A DNA stretch of 64,000 nucleotides. It comes from Lama glama (lineage: Eukaryota). Each line of letters begins with the position of its first letter. The first letter of the stretch is position 1. Location of the stretch: the NCBI GenBank assembly GCA_028534125.1, contig CM052817.1:29452001-29516000 (forward strand), given 5' to 3'. Made by a program: the position numbers and the translations under genes. Below are positions 40,528 to 54,608 of this stretch, in pieces. The notes under the pieces are model-generated. The model was not told the DNA's origin and searched no databases. It saw nothing but the letters and a program-made list of their open reading frames with translations.

Positions 40528-41814
40528 TCAATATTATGAGATGCTCAGGTTACAATAGGTAATAGGTACTTGAGAACTGCAACTTAACTTATTAAATGAA
40601 GTCACATCTCCTGTATCTCACTTACTCTCAGGCATGTGCTCAATTCCCTCCCTCCTTCTCTCTTTTTCTCTCTCTCCCCTTACCACTGAGTAATTTTTCA
40701 TAAGGCACACGTAATTGAATTTCCTAAGTGAAAGAGGATTATGATATAACTATACTGTAATGCAAATTAGACCATCTTTAAAGTCACACATGAAAATATT
40801 TTAGCAAAGAGATTTATATAGAATTATCATTACTCTCTTGCAGTATGCATTTCCCTCTGTTAAAATTATTTCTGCTGTCTAGGTTTTAATTAAATCATCA
40901 CTGTATTTACTGCCAAAATAAATACTTTGACTAATAAGAGGCACAGAAGTATTAACAAAATTTAGAGCTAAACAACAAGATGCACTTCCATAGTATTCTA
41001 ATTAAAAATAAATATTCATAGTTGTTTATATTTCACTGGGCCTAAAAACGTATGTCTACTTTATATTAACTATATTAAAAGGGATGTGTTTTCCAAATTT
41101 CCAAACAAAGTCAAGATAGTAGATGTAGGATTAAGAGAGGTGGTTTAAAATAATTAGACCAACTATTAAAGAACCCAGTGTTGTTTCCTATTCTCAGAGG
41201 GCCTATTTCCAATTTAACAAAACATTCTTTTCAGACTCCATCAGAAAATTCTCCTCCAAACATCTGTGAGAAAACATATGGTCCAAAATTGTCAGGGATC
41301 TTTTGAAACCATGGACCTTTTCGACTGAAAACTAAATAAGCCTACAATATACCAGTCTCTGTCATGTGTAACATCTTCCAAAAGCATGAATCAAAGCAAA
41401 TAACTTAACAATGTTCTCCAGTATGCACATGTGCATCTACACTGTGACACTCATTAGACTGGTGGGAGCTAAATATCGTTTGATAGGTAAGTGGCTTTCC
41501 TTTTAAGTTGAATTTTGAAGGTATAAAATACAACAAAATTATCTAAAGTCTCCATGGTACTAAAATTATTTTCAACTTGTGTTCTTCCCTCTTCTACTCT
41601 GTTGACTTTAAAATAGAAAATGTCTTTGTAATCAGTCTTTACCCATTTGTTCACAGTTTAGGCCAACCTAAGCGTCTAGATGAGTAAGTTTTATAGTTAT
41701 CAATAGTGACAGAAACCAATATTTATGAAATTATTTTTACATATAGGAGAGTTAAGAAGTTAGTGTGGAGAATAAAAAAAAAAAGAGATTGAGTTGCTCT
41801 GAAATGTCCTATTT

Positions 41815-42010
41815 CAGTAAAATAACACGGGCTAAGGAGTTTAAAGACAGGGGTTCTGGTATAAATTCTGCCGTCAAATGTTCACATAAGGGAAGCTGCC
41901 TAATTCTTTGCCTGTGTTTCTTTAAGTAAAGAATGTGGATAAATACTCTCTCTTGGAAGAATATTTAGGACTGTTATAGAAGTGAGTGCTTACAAAATTG
42001 TAATTATTGT
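41815..42010 (+). mobile_element. MIR SINE, degenerate
   Basis: gggaagctgcctaattctttgcctgtgtttctttaagtaaagaatgtggataaatact. Confidence 0.5.
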
Positions 42011-42565
42011 TTTTAACATACTAGATTATGAAATGTTAAAAATAATTTCTGAAGGTAATTCTTATTAAGTTGTAGGAATTGTAGGCTGTCGCTAAGGGAT
42101 GACTTGGGCAAAAGTGTCTTCCCCAGCCAACAGGAGTTGTTAATCTCAGGTGAAGGAAAGAAGGAAGGAGATATTTTGGATGTCCTTTAAGCACAGAATG
42201 GCAAACGCAACATTTTATTGGGAAGAATAAATTGATCATTTGTCATGGGTATCTCATGCTTTATGAGTTGATAAATACATTATTTTATTTTTTCATGTCA
42301 GAGAAATCCAGGAATGTTTGCAGCATAATGTTAAAATTAACAAGAAACACCTCTAAGCTCATTTGTTTGTTAGCAGCTGCCATTTCCTTCCACTACCAGC
42401 AAATGGGATCCCCTGCTTCCTTTCTTAGGCTCTCCTCTCTTCAGTTTTTAGGACCAATCTTAACCTTAAACAAGGATTTTTAAAACATTTGTATAAGGTC
42501 GTGTTTAAGAGCATGAGTTTGGGAGCTACAATGTGTGTTTATTATATTGCCATTTTACTAACATC

Positions 42566-42840
42566 TGTATTAGTTAATTTTGCTGCACTAATGAATAGTC
42601 CCTAAATCTCAGTGACTTACATTAACAAACTTTAATTTCTTAGCTGAAGGTGGACTGTGACTCAGCTAGAAGCTAGACCTCTACTGCAGGATCCTAGGAG
42701 GAGTGGCCCCTGTGTAGACCATGCTCTTTTCATGGCTGCATCTTAAAGCTTGTACTGCATCTTAAGCTTCCACTGGATGTGTTGTACATCTGTCTGCTCA
42801 CAATCCACATGGGCAAGTCAAAACTCAGTGAGGCAAATGA
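42566..42840 (-). mobile_element. Old MLT1 LTR remnant
   Basis: tgtattagttaattttgctgcactaatgaatagtccctaaatctcagtgacttac. Confidence 0.65.
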
Positions 42841-42993
42841 CAGGAAACCAATTCTTTATCTGATCTTGATAACTTAATACAGTTATATTTTTAATACATG
42901 AGACGTGAAATTCGTAGGCTAATCTAGATTTTAGATAAATATACCTTCCACTGAGGCCTTATTTAGGAACAAAGGATATGCATGTGTAGGTAG

Positions 42994-43429
42994 TGTAGTG
43001 GGTTGAATTATGCACCCCACCCCCAAAGATATGTCCACATCCTAACTTCCAGAACCTATGAATAGGACCCTATTGGCAAAAGGTTCCCTGAAGATGTAAT
43101 TAAATTAAGGATCTTGAGTTAAGATCATTCTGGATTATCTGGTGGGCCCTAAATCCAATGACAGATGTCCTTATAAGAGACAGAAGAGGAAAATTACACA
43201 GAGGAGGAGGGCATGTGCAGCCAGAAGCCACGGAACTCCTGGAGCCACTAGAAGCTGGAAGAGTCAAAGGAAGACTCCCCTCTAGATCCCTCCCAGAAAG
43301 TTCAGCCCTGCTGACACCAGCATGCTGATTCCACCTGTCTGGCCTCAAGAACTGTGGGAGAATAAATTTCTGTTGTAAGAAGCCCAGTTTGTGACAATCT
43401 ACTACAGGAGCCACAGGAAACTAAATATA
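42994..43429 (+). mobile_element. MaLR solo LTR (MLT1C-like), full length
   Basis: tgtagtgggttgaatt...cccaaagatatgtccacatcctaa...gggccctaaatccaatgacagatgtccttataagaga...agaataaatttctgttg...caggaaactaaatata. Confidence 0.92.
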
Positions 43430-45446
43430 GGCACCATACAGTGATTTTTAAGGAGGGGACTAATTTCTAAATCTTTTAAAAGTAGGATATAATAACAAAT
43501 GTCAGCAGGTTTAAAAAATATAAATGTAATTAAGTAGACCTGCTGCTTTTTATACCTTGAATAGTATTGTAAGTCTCAGTTTTTCATATGGATTAAATTA
43601 TAACTCATAGTCTATTCCATATTATAACGCCAGAAATAATATCACTAATCTACAATATGGAGGTTAATCCTGTCTTTGGCACCGGTGATGGAATATGTTT
43701 TGCTAATTTAGAAATTAGGTTTGCCACTGAAAATTAAACTATTTGATTCAACATCTATTTCTCTACTTTTTCTATTATTCAGCTAAGAAAGATAATACTT
43801 TCTCAATATGCAATAGGCTTCTTGGTCTAACTGGGAAAATTTAGTGGTAAAAAAGGTCAGAGCAATTTTCTTTATTGGCCACATGATACCAATAAAATGA
43901 AATCATCTAGCATATGGCTTTTGGAGAAGAAACACACAAGTAAACAAAAATTCTAAATGTCAGAGTAACTTCATTTTAGAGCTTTCTAAAATGTATAGAG
44001 AAAGAGAATCAAAATAAAGTTCATGTGGTAAATCTAAGTAAGAAATACGTATGTTTAATTATAGACAACTCAAAAGCCAATAGTTTCAAGATTTCTCTTG
44101 GATTTTAAAATTATAAATATAAATGAAATGAATTTATAAAATATATTTTAAAATCTCTTCACTATAGTCACAAGAAATTTTCAAGTATTTATTAATGGTA
44201 CATTGGGTAATCATACCATTATAGGGGTGGATAAGAATATGAGCTGTAATGAGATATTTGTCATGGATAGATGTGTTTTTCCCAGAATATTAAGCTATTT
44301 TTCAATTTTAAGCATATTTGAATCAAGTTAATCTTTATTTTTACCAATTCAGTCTATATTATATGCTTTTTGTGCATATGGTTTCTCTTTCCAATTTTGT
44401 ATATATATTTTTATAAAACACATGTAAGGAGATATGACACAAATAGGAAAAGCTCAAGAAGACAGTTTTATCTGTAATTGCTCTTACTAGAAGGCAACTC
44501 TGAAAATATCATAAAGTAAATAACCCTGGATGCGAATGAGTACATGGACTTCTTTGGAAGTTTTGTTTGTTGGTTGGTTTTGTTTTTTAACCTAAGAGAA
44601 CCAGAATTTTTTTTAAAAAGGCTATGTTTCCATTCCAAAATAATAGAAACATTGGCCCACAATAAAGATATACAGTAGTGCTACTCCAGGAAACTAACTT
44701 TAATTGAAAGAATTAACAGTGTGGATGCCCTAGAAGAACTATCTATTGGATGAGGGCTTTCTGATTATTTTAAGCATTTTTCTTTCTTCTGCATGGACCA
44801 TTTATATATGTTCTATATTAACTTTTACAATCTGCAAATAACTAAGGGTTTTACTTATTCTGTTTCATGCAGCTGATAACTTCTGGAGGATTGGCTATAA
44901 ATTAATCAAGATTGTAACCCTAATATAGAAACATTGTAGGAGGATACTTTTCTTAAAAATGAACAGAATGGAAAATGTTCTGCAGAGAAGTATTTTTGTT
45001 GGCTTATTAGATTAAGATTGACAGGGTGGTTAATTTTAATTTGTCCTATGAAATAAACAGGTTCCTTTCTCTGATTTGCTTGCATTTGTTTTTCATTTCC
45101 AGTATTTATAGCATCCTTGGAGATTTAACAAGGAACCAAAAGTTTGTCACTGCCCATCACAGAGAAAAGGTTGTTAATAGTAAAGCACTTGATCAAAAAG
45201 AGAGATGTGAGGCTCTACACAGTAATGGTGTCATTTCTGGTAAAGTTATTATCAAGACTAACATAAGCAGCATACTAAGGGAGAAGCAGATAAGCATCAG
45301 AAGAGAGTCAGGGATAGAAATTAAGAAAGAGCTAATCTGGATTAATTTACCAGCTTTAACAAGACAAATAAATAATTCAATCTTACTTCTTTAGCATAGG
45401 CTAAAGGCTATTTTCTAATAGAATATTACTTGGAATTTTAAAAATA

Positions 45447-47730
45447 CTGTATTTTTTAAAGCAGTTTTAGATTTAGAACAAAATTAAGAGGAAAGGACAA
45501 AGACTTCCTATATACATCCTGCTCCCACACATGCACAGTCTCCAACATTATCAACATCACTCACCAGAGTGGCACATTTTTTATCAAGGATGAACCTACA
45601 CTGGCACATCATTATCACTCCAAATCCACAGTTTATATTATGATTCACTTTTGTTTTTGTACATTCTATAGGGCAGACAAGTGTATGATGATATATATGT
45701 ATGCCATTATAATATCATACAGAGTATTTTCACTGCCCTAAAAATCCTTGGTGCTCTGCCTATTCATCTCTTCTCCCTCCCAGTTCCTGACAACCACTGA
45801 CCTTGTCTCCATGGTTCTGACTTTCAAATGTTATTTAGTTGTAATCATGAAGTGTGTGATCTTTAAGGATTGGCTTCTTTCATTAGTAATATGTATTTAA
45901 AGTTCTCCTATTTTTTTCATGGTTTGATGGGTCATTTCTTTTTAGCACTGAATAACATTTTATTGTCTGGATTACCACAGTTTTATCTTTTAACTGAATG
46001 TACATTTGATCCCTTCCAAGTTTTGGCAGTTATGGATAAAGATGTGTATGGATACATATCTGGGTACAGGCTTATGTGTAGACATAAATTTCCAAATCCT
46101 GTGGGTATTTACCAAGGAGCACAATTGTCAGGCTGTATGGTCGGAGTATGTTTGTAAGAAATCATCAAACTGCCTTCCAAAGTGACGGGACCATTTTGCA
46201 TCCTACCAGTAAGGTACAAAGAATTCCAATTGCTCCACATCCTTTGCCAGAATTTGGTGTTTGCAGTGTTCTGAATTTTGGCCATTCTAATAGTTGTGTA
46301 GTGGTATTTTATTATTGTTTTAATTTGCATTTCATTTTACTGATTTATGATGTGGATCCTCTTTTCATAAGCTTATTTACCATCTGTATATCTATCACCT
46401 TTGGTGAGGTGTCTGTTAAGGTTTTGGCCCATTTTTAATTAGGGTGTTTCTTTTCTTACTGTTTTAGATACAGTCTTCAATGATGTGCTTAACAAGTATT
46501 TCCTCCCAGTATGTGCCTTGTTCTGTCATTCTCTTGACTTTGTCTTTCACAGAGTAAATTTGTTTTCTTTATTTTTGATTTTTCCTTTTTAAAATTAATA
46601 TGGCAAGATATTGTTTCTTGGGCATTTAGCCTGCTTGGTGGTTTCTGAGCTTCCTGAGTCTGTGGTTTGGTGTCTGACATTAATTTGAGGAAATTCTATG
46701 TCACTGTTATTTAAAGTATATCTTCTATTTCTTTTTTCTCTTGTTCTTTAGTATTCCTGTTATGTGCATGCTACATGTGTTGTAATTGTCTCATTTTTTG
46801 CATATTTTGTTTATTTTATTTTTTTTTTAGTCTTCATTCTGTTTGTTTTTTGGTTTTTGAGGATAATATTCATATGTCCTCTAGCTCGGAGATTCTTTCC
46901 TCAGCTATATCCAAGCTATTAATAAGTCCTCAAAGACATTTTCATTTATGTTATAGCAGTTTTCATCTACCATTTCTTTTTGGTTCTTTTTTAGGATTTC
47001 TATATTTCTGCTTCCAGTGACCATCTGTCCTTTCATGCTGTCTATTTTAGCTATTAGAGCCCCTTCGCCTGTTAATCACAGCTGTGTGAAATGCCTGGTC
47101 TGATAATTCCAACATCCCTGCCATGTCTGGTTCTGATACTTACCCTGTCTCTTCAAATGATATTTTCTGACTTTGCTATGCCTTGTAATTTTTTTCTTGA
47201 TAGCTGGAAATAATATATTAGATAAAAGGAAATCCTGTTAAAGTCCTTTTAGTAATGCGGTGTTGAGAAGTGAGGGAAGGGAAGCATTCTATAGTCCTAT
47301 GATTTGGTCTCCTTCTTTTAGTAAGTCTAGGCCTATGGACTATAAGCTTCCCAAGTATTTCTTAGTTGTTTTTTTTCCCCTTCCCTTAGGTGGGACAGGA
47401 TGGTTAGAGTGGGCTAGAATTTGATATTTCCCTTTTCCCATTTGAAAGGCTAGAATTGGCTGGAATTAGGTATTTCCCTTCCTCAAATCAATCAGGTCTC
47501 ATCACACCCTAGCTGATGAAGGTCTGGTTAACTAGTTTCTCTGGAAGGCAGGCTTTGTTAAGAACACAGGGCTCAGATGTATTTCTAAATGGTTCCTTTT
47601 CTCTTTACCCTGCCAGAAGCCCAAGGGGACTTTTCTCTGGTTCAGCTTCTGAAATTAAATCTCACAATACTGTGGGTGTTCCCTATGACTGGGCCCTCTG
47701 GGGTTTTTAACTCTCAGAGTTTTCTGCACT
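45447..47730 (-). mobile_element. L1MC1/2-like element: 3'UTR and ORF2 end joined to an ORF1/5' region (large internal deletion near 46590)
   Basis: aaggatgaacctacactggcacatcattatcac 3'UTR motif; ORF 46109..46330 MQIKTIIKYHYTTIRMAKI; ORF 46489..46680 contains ORF1-like KPQTQEAQKPPSRLN. Confidence 0.85.
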
Positions 47731-47894
47731 TATAGCCCTTTCTGTTCAATCTATTTTGAGAATTTTGGAAGGAAAATCTGAACAGTGGGGATTCAAAACC
47801 ATACCTCTACTCTGTGTACATGTAAACATGTATTAGTCCAACTATTCCTCTGTATCAGGCATGTACACCTATAACCCAAATCTGCCTCACTGCC

Positions 47895-48475
47895 TGTTTT
47901 TTTTTCATTTTGATAAAATATATATAACATTTGCCATCTTAATATTTAGGTATCCAGCTCCATGGCGACAGGTACATTCACATTGTTGCGTCGTTACTGT
48001 TATGACCAACCATCCACACAACTTTTTTCATCTTGCAAAACTGAAATTCTGTGCCTATTAAACAACTCCCATTCTCCTCTTCTCCAACCCTTAGCAATTA
48101 CAATTGTATTTTCTGTCTCTATGAATTTAACTACTTCATATAAGTTGAATCACATAGCATTTATCTTTTGTGACTGACTTATTTGATTGCATAATGTCCT
48201 TAAGTTTCATCTATGTTGTACTCATGTCAGAATTTTCTTCCTTTGTAAGGTTGAATAATATTTTATTGTATGTATATATACATTACCCATCATCCATTAA
48301 CTGCTTCCATGTTTTGGCTACTATGAATAATGCTGCTATGAACACAGGTGTACACGTACCTGCTCAAGCCCCTGCTTTTCATTCTTTGGGGCATATATCC
48401 CAAAGAAGAACTGTTGGATCATATGTTAATTCCATTCTTAATTTTGTGAGAAACTGCTATGCTGTTTTCTATACA
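47895..48475 (-). mobile_element. L1MB-like 3' end
   Basis: T-run, then tttcatcttgcaaaactgaaattctgtgcctattaaacaactcccattctcc...gaataatgctgctatgaacacaggtg. Confidence 0.85.
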
Positions 48476-48509
48476 TATGTGAAAGTATCTCTTATTGGTG
48501 AATCACTAT

Positions 48510-50390
48510 ACTTCAAACTGTAAAGTAACCACTAAAATAACAAAACAAAGAATTATAGCTGATAAACAAGCAAAAGAGATCTAAAATATAAAAAAATACA
48601 AAAATGATAGAAAAAGAAAAAAGAAGAAACAAAGAAGAGATGGGAAAAATAGAAAACAAATACAAAATAATGATAATTAACTGAACCAATAATTGCATTA
48701 CGTATGGGTAGTCTATACGTAACAAGGAAACGGTAGAGATATTCAGACTGCATAAAAGAAGTATGACCTAACTATGAAGTGTCTATAAAAAACAAACTTC
48801 AAATATAAAGAATAAAACAGTTTAAAGTAAAAGGATGGATAACTATATATAATGCTAATGCTATTCAAAAGAATATATTAGCACTGAACAAAGTAGACTT
48901 CGAAGCAAAGGACAATAAGAGGGACAAAGAAAGCCATTTAATAATGAAAAAAGGTCAAGCTTAAACAGGACAAAATAACCCTAAATGTCTAGGAAACTAA
49001 AGGTAAGATACTTGAATTAAAAACTGACAGAACTTCATAGAGAAATATACTAATTCACAATTACAGTCAGTGATTTCAATTCCTGTTCCCTAATAAATAA
49101 TAGAGTGATAGGCAGAAAATCAGTACTAATATAAAAGATATAAAAATACCATTGACTACAGCATTAAAATATGAAATGCTTGGGAATAAAACTGACAAAA
49201 GAATGTGCAAGGCATACATACTGAAAGCAAAAAATCATGTAAGAGAGAAGTTTAAAAAGATGTTTAATAAATTGAGAAATGTACCATATTCATGGGTTGA
49301 AAGACTCAAATTTCTAAAATGTTAATTCTCTCCATTTGATCTATAGGTTCAACAAAGTCCAACTAAAATTCCAGCAACTGTCTGTTACATAAATTTACAA
49401 GATGATTGTAAAATTCATATGGGAAAGAATGCAGAATACTAAACAGTTTGTAAAAGAAGATCAAACTTGGACTCGATTATCCAGAACATACGGACTTCTC
49501 ATACATCAAGTAGACACACAACCCCCATTAAAAATATTTGAAGTGACAGTTAACCCAAGAAAACATAAGCATGATAAATAAGCATATTAAAAATGTTCAA
49601 TATCATAAGTAATTAGGGAAATGCAATTAAAACTGGAGTGAGATACCACCACATACCTATTAGAATGACTAGCCATACTAAGTGCTAGTCAAGATGTGTA
49701 GGAACTAAAACTTTCATATGTTTCTGGTGTCAATGTAAAATAGTACAATTAAATTGTGAAACAGCAGGGTAGTTCCTTAAAAAATTAAATATACTCCTAA
49801 TATATTATCTTGCCATCTACTTCTAGTTATTTACCTGAAGTATATGAAAGCATCTGGGTATACAAAGACACGTACATGATTGTCCATGACAACTTTCTTT
49901 GCAATATCTAAAAATTAGAAACAACCCTAAGGATCAATGGGTAACTGAATTCATAAATTCAGGAATACTGATATAATGTAGTACTACTCAGCAATAAGAA
50001 ATGGACTATTGATATTCAAGAACATTAGTGAAACTCAAGATGGTTATGCCGAGTATAAGAAGCCAGATTTTAAACAGAGTACATACTATAAGATTGTTTA
50101 TGTAAAAATCTAGGGAAGTCAAACTAATCTGTAGTGATAGAAGGTACATCAGCGTATGTCGGAGAACCCAGACTGTGGAAAGCACATGTGAAAGGGGAAA
50201 ACAACTGATTATAAAGGTACCTGAGGAAACTACTGGGGTGATGGATATGTTCTCTACATGGATTGCAGTCATGATTTCACTGGTGTGCACATACAACACT
50301 TTTATCAAATTGATAAAGCACTTTTAATATGTGTTGCTCATTGTATGTTAATTATACTCCAAAAATTGGAAAAAAGAAAAAAAAAAGAAT
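48510..50390 (+). mobile_element. Old L1 (L1MD/ME-like) with internal deletions: endonuclease region to 3'UTR and poly(A)
   Basis: ttaaagtaaaaggatgga (EN), catattcatgggttgaaagactcaa, gtgagataccaccacatacctattagaatg, aaactaatctgtagtgatagaa; A-tail about 50370-50387. Confidence 0.8.
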
Positions 50391-51379
50391 AATGGAACAA
50401 TTGATTAGTAACTCTTGAGTCCTAGGAAAGACATTTACAACTATATTGTAAATGTGTAGCCATTACATTAAGTGGAAGTTTATTATGTTAATTTTAGCTA
50501 CTGTCTTGTTTGGTCACATGTATATTAGTTCCATCTTTGAGAAAATTTCTCTTTTTTCAATTTTGAGTGTTTTAATTTACCGAATGTTTACTTCATTGTG
50601 TAGGGAATCCTCAACTTTTCTTCTCATCAAATTCCAAACTCCATCTCGTTTATTTTGATTTCATAGGTTTTAATTGCATTTTAATTCTACACATTGAGCT
50701 GGGAGTACAAAGTCTGCAGGAAAATATTTTGTTCAACCAATGGCTTTTGTACAGGTGGAAGTGATTTAAAAAATGTTCTATAAAAGATTTTGAGAGAGGT
50801 CATCATAATCAGAGGATTATTGTATTCTCAATTATTATTCAGCCTGTACCATGTGGAATTAGCCATATACTAAGAGAAAGCAGGCTGTTTCTTCTTGCTT
50901 CCTGACATTGGAATGGTCTGACATTTGATATCTTGCCATTTGCCAAGAAAATTCTTAGCTGCAAAGTCTGTCTTTTAGCATTTTACTGACTGAGACCTAA
51001 AGTTAAATCTAATAACTTATTTTCTGAGTGTCATTCTATATCTCTTTGAGACTTGTTTGAACTTCTGTTTTTTCTTCTTTCAAACATATACCAGGTAAAC
51101 ATAATTTTATCTTTTAACATATCTGGGAGTAATGCCAGTAAAAAATTCTTGTGAATAAGGGACTTATTGAGTCTGAAGGCTAGAGTGTTAGTACATGAAA
51201 GATCAGAACATTAAAATTGATACCCTTTAAATTCAAAATTTTATTAAAATAAACTGTATTGTCACTAAATGGAGTTGGTGTTGAAGGAGTTTGAATATTA
51301 CCATGGGCATGCAGTTCTTTAACAGGAGAGGATCCTAAAGTTGTCTCTATGGCTGATGAAAATCATCCATTTCATAATA

Positions 51380-51570
51380 TGAATGATAGCTCCCACTGAA
51401 AGCCTACTATGTACTAGTCAACTGGCCAAAACTCTTTATAGATCTCATATCGTTGAATCCTTTCAAAAGTCTTGTTTAGAAACTCATTGTATAGTGAGAA
51501 TAGGGTGGAAACTAAGAGAACGTCTTGCCCAAGATGTTTCATAGGCTCACAAAGTATTAAGTAGTTGTGG
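51380..51570 (-). mobile_element. MIR SINE
   Basis: aatgatagctcccactgaaagcctactatgtactag...ggaaactaagagaacgtcttgcccaag. Confidence 0.55.
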
Positions 51571-51697
51571 AATTAATAATTTTCATATAAAACATTTCAA
51601 TGACCTTGAGAAGTTATAAGTGAACCATTCAGGTAAAATTTTCAAAGAAAATATGTGCAGATATTTAATTATCACTGGGCAATTATCTTATTGCTGG

Positions 51698-52165
51698 TAT
51701 TCCAGTTATGACACCTGTGTAACAAATTACCTCAAAAGTTTATGGCATAAAACAACCAATCCTCATGCTAATGGATTCTGTGGATTAGTAAGTCAAACAG
51801 GACACAGTAAAGACAATTTTTCTTTGTTTCTGTCCGGAACCTCAGCTGGAGAACACGAGTGCTGGGCGTAGGAATCACATGCGAGATCACTGAGTCACAG
51901 GTATGGCAGTTGACACCGGCAGTCCGCTGAGACCTTAGCTGAAGCTATTAGCCAGAGCATATACAGTCTCTCCATGTGGGCTGGCCCTTTCCTCTTATCA
52001 TGGAACTGGGTTCCAGAGAGAAATAGAGCCAGAGATGATAGAGACTTAGAGCCATGGAGAGCTAGGGAGAGTGAGAGAGAGAGTGAGCAAGCAAGAGAGA
52101 AACAGAAATACAGAACTGTATCTTTTATGATCTAGCTTCAAATTCACATAGCATCACTTCTGTAA
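51698..52165 (-). mobile_element. MLT1 LTR (MLT1G/H-like)
   Basis: tgtgtaacaaattacctcaaaa...ggattctgtggattag...acctcagctgg...tctctccatgtgggctgg...catagcatcacttctg. Confidence 0.75.
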
Positions 52166-52199
52166 GTCTCTTCCTTGGCCTCTATGCAGAGTCTAGCTT

Positions 52200-52590
52200 C
52201 TCTCCAAGTCAGCGTTCTTCTATTCTTCCTGGGCATCCTGACTTCCTTTCAGTAAGATGTGAACCCTGTGACTGAAGTATAGCTAATAGAATGTGAGGAA
52301 AAGACAGGTACACCTCTTGAAGAATTAGCCGTTAAAACCTTTATGACCACTACACCTTGTTCTAATCCCCTTCCAGCCTGGAATATGTTAAGTCTTCAGG
52401 GTGACTCTGAAGTTACATGAGAATGATGGCTAACTTTCCATCATCCTTGGGCCCTCAGTAACTGCACTGAGGAGGACAACCCCACTAACTTTGAAGCTCA
52501 CCCACTATTACTATGAGAAGAAATTAACTTCTGTTCTGTTTGATCCACCATATACTTTGATCTGTTTTCTGTAATATACTCTATCACACA
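52200..52590 (+). mobile_element. Old MLT1 LTR
   Basis: tagctaatagaatgtgaggaaa...atgagaagaaattaacttctgttctgtttgatccac. Confidence 0.6.
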
Positions 52591-54608
52591 TAGCCAGCAT
52601 AGTAACTGGTTAAGGAGCTGAGACTAACTAAATATTTTGGATTGAATAAATACCTTTTATGCAATTGTCAACATTATACATAACAATTAAAACCTGTGGA
52701 CATTCCTACTATAGTTACAAATATAACAAAAGTGACATCTTTTGACGGTATTGCTTAAAATTGCTCTGAAAGCTCTAACAAAGAAAAAGAGAAATTAAAT
52801 ATATACTTATTGGAAAGGAAGAAGGACAAAATAATAAGTGTATAATAGGATTACTTAGAAAAATCAATGAAAGAAACAAATAAAACTAAGAGTACAATGA
52901 GATAGCTTTTAAAAATAAATATCAAAATTTGATAGCTGTTCTACAAATATGTAAACTTATCAGAAAACATAAATTAATACAAATTAAACCTATTTTATTC
53001 ATACTAAAAATAAAATTTTAAACATGTAGGGATAAACTTTAATAAGAATAGTTCTTTAAAAAGAATTATTAGAAAAATAGTATCCAGAGCATATTTTAAT
53101 GTCTATCAAAATAGTATCAGAGCGTATATTAAAAGATAATTTTAAAAACCGTAAGAGCACAAGAAATTGTAATAAAGTCAGATATGCACTATATTCCTAT
53201 GTGAGATGACTTATGAGTATAATGCTTATTTTACATAAATCAATTTGTAAAGTAAATGCAATTGGTGTCAAGTCAGTACATCTAGCAATTTGAGTTATCA
53301 AGGAAATTTTAAAAATTAAATGGAATAAAATATAAGTAATATGCAGAACATAAGAGCTTACAACTTAGTAGAGGGAAAAATAAGTGCAGAGTATTTATTT
53401 CTATAGTTTGTGGAAAGAAAGCAATGAAAAATTTTATATAGATATTTAAAACTAGTTATTACTTTGCTATAAAACTCCTTAAAACCAAAGTAGTAGCAAT
53501 TATATAGAGACACATACAAGTACACAAGGTACTGGGATGTGACATAGAATGAAGTGTATAGGGAAGTGTTGCTAAAAATGAAGCTGAGAGTTACTTTCTA
53601 AGAGATATTATGGAGAAAATATTCATTTTATACTCAAAGGCACTCAAGGTTTAGCTTTTAAGGATTTTTAGGAATCTGTAGGTCTGTCCTTTGAGAGTTT
53701 TACAGTGATAAGGAATGCCATGGCTGTTAAGAACACAGGAAGAAGTACACTGTGAATTCATTTATTTTAATTTATATTAAAATCTTAATAATCAAAAATT
53801 TGTGTTAAAGTAGATTTTATTTTTCTAAAATTTTAAAGATGATTTAAATTTTTAAATCTATATTTAAAAGTGAAAATTTACATTAAAAGAGTCATTCACA
53901 TTTCTCAAAATGGTAAACTGCAGTCCTGTAAGGTAAAGGAGAAAGTCAAGGTCCTATTACAAGGTAGAACAAGGGGAGAGGAAAAAAATTCTGCTAAATG
54001 AGTTGTAGCTCTACCCATGCTGAGAAGCGGCAGAAGGAAAAATGAATGCTCTTTGATTCTTGGAAAGATATGCTATTAACCCACTAAGTTTATTTCTTTA
54101 AGGTATATCTTAGCAAGACCAACATTGTGTCATTTTTCTTTCCAGTGGTTAATTGATATAGTTCAGAAACCTACTAAACAAACAAACAAACTTCGATCCT
54201 AAAAGCAAGGAGAATCGGCAATACAGAATAATTTAGGGACTATTCCTCTAATTTGGTGAAGGTTTATAGATATGTACACAGCCCCATGGGTAATCCAAAG
54301 ACCTTGCACAGAGCATCTGTAGATGATGTCTCAAGCAAGAGAAAAAAATATTCCTATATTACATGTAAAGGCTTAAAAACAGTTTTTTTTTATATTAACT
54401 GACAGATGTAAAAGTTGCACAGGTAAACTCTACTGAACCATTTAGTACATTTTACTGAAGCATTCTAATTACCACTTAATAACTACTCTTAAAATTTAAT
54501 TTGTCAAAGGTAAGTAATACTGTTTATGTGGTACCTGGAGAGAAATTTTGAGTGTGGATCAATTTCCCTTATTTGCTAGTATAAAAATACTTTCATTGAC
54601 CGTGAAGA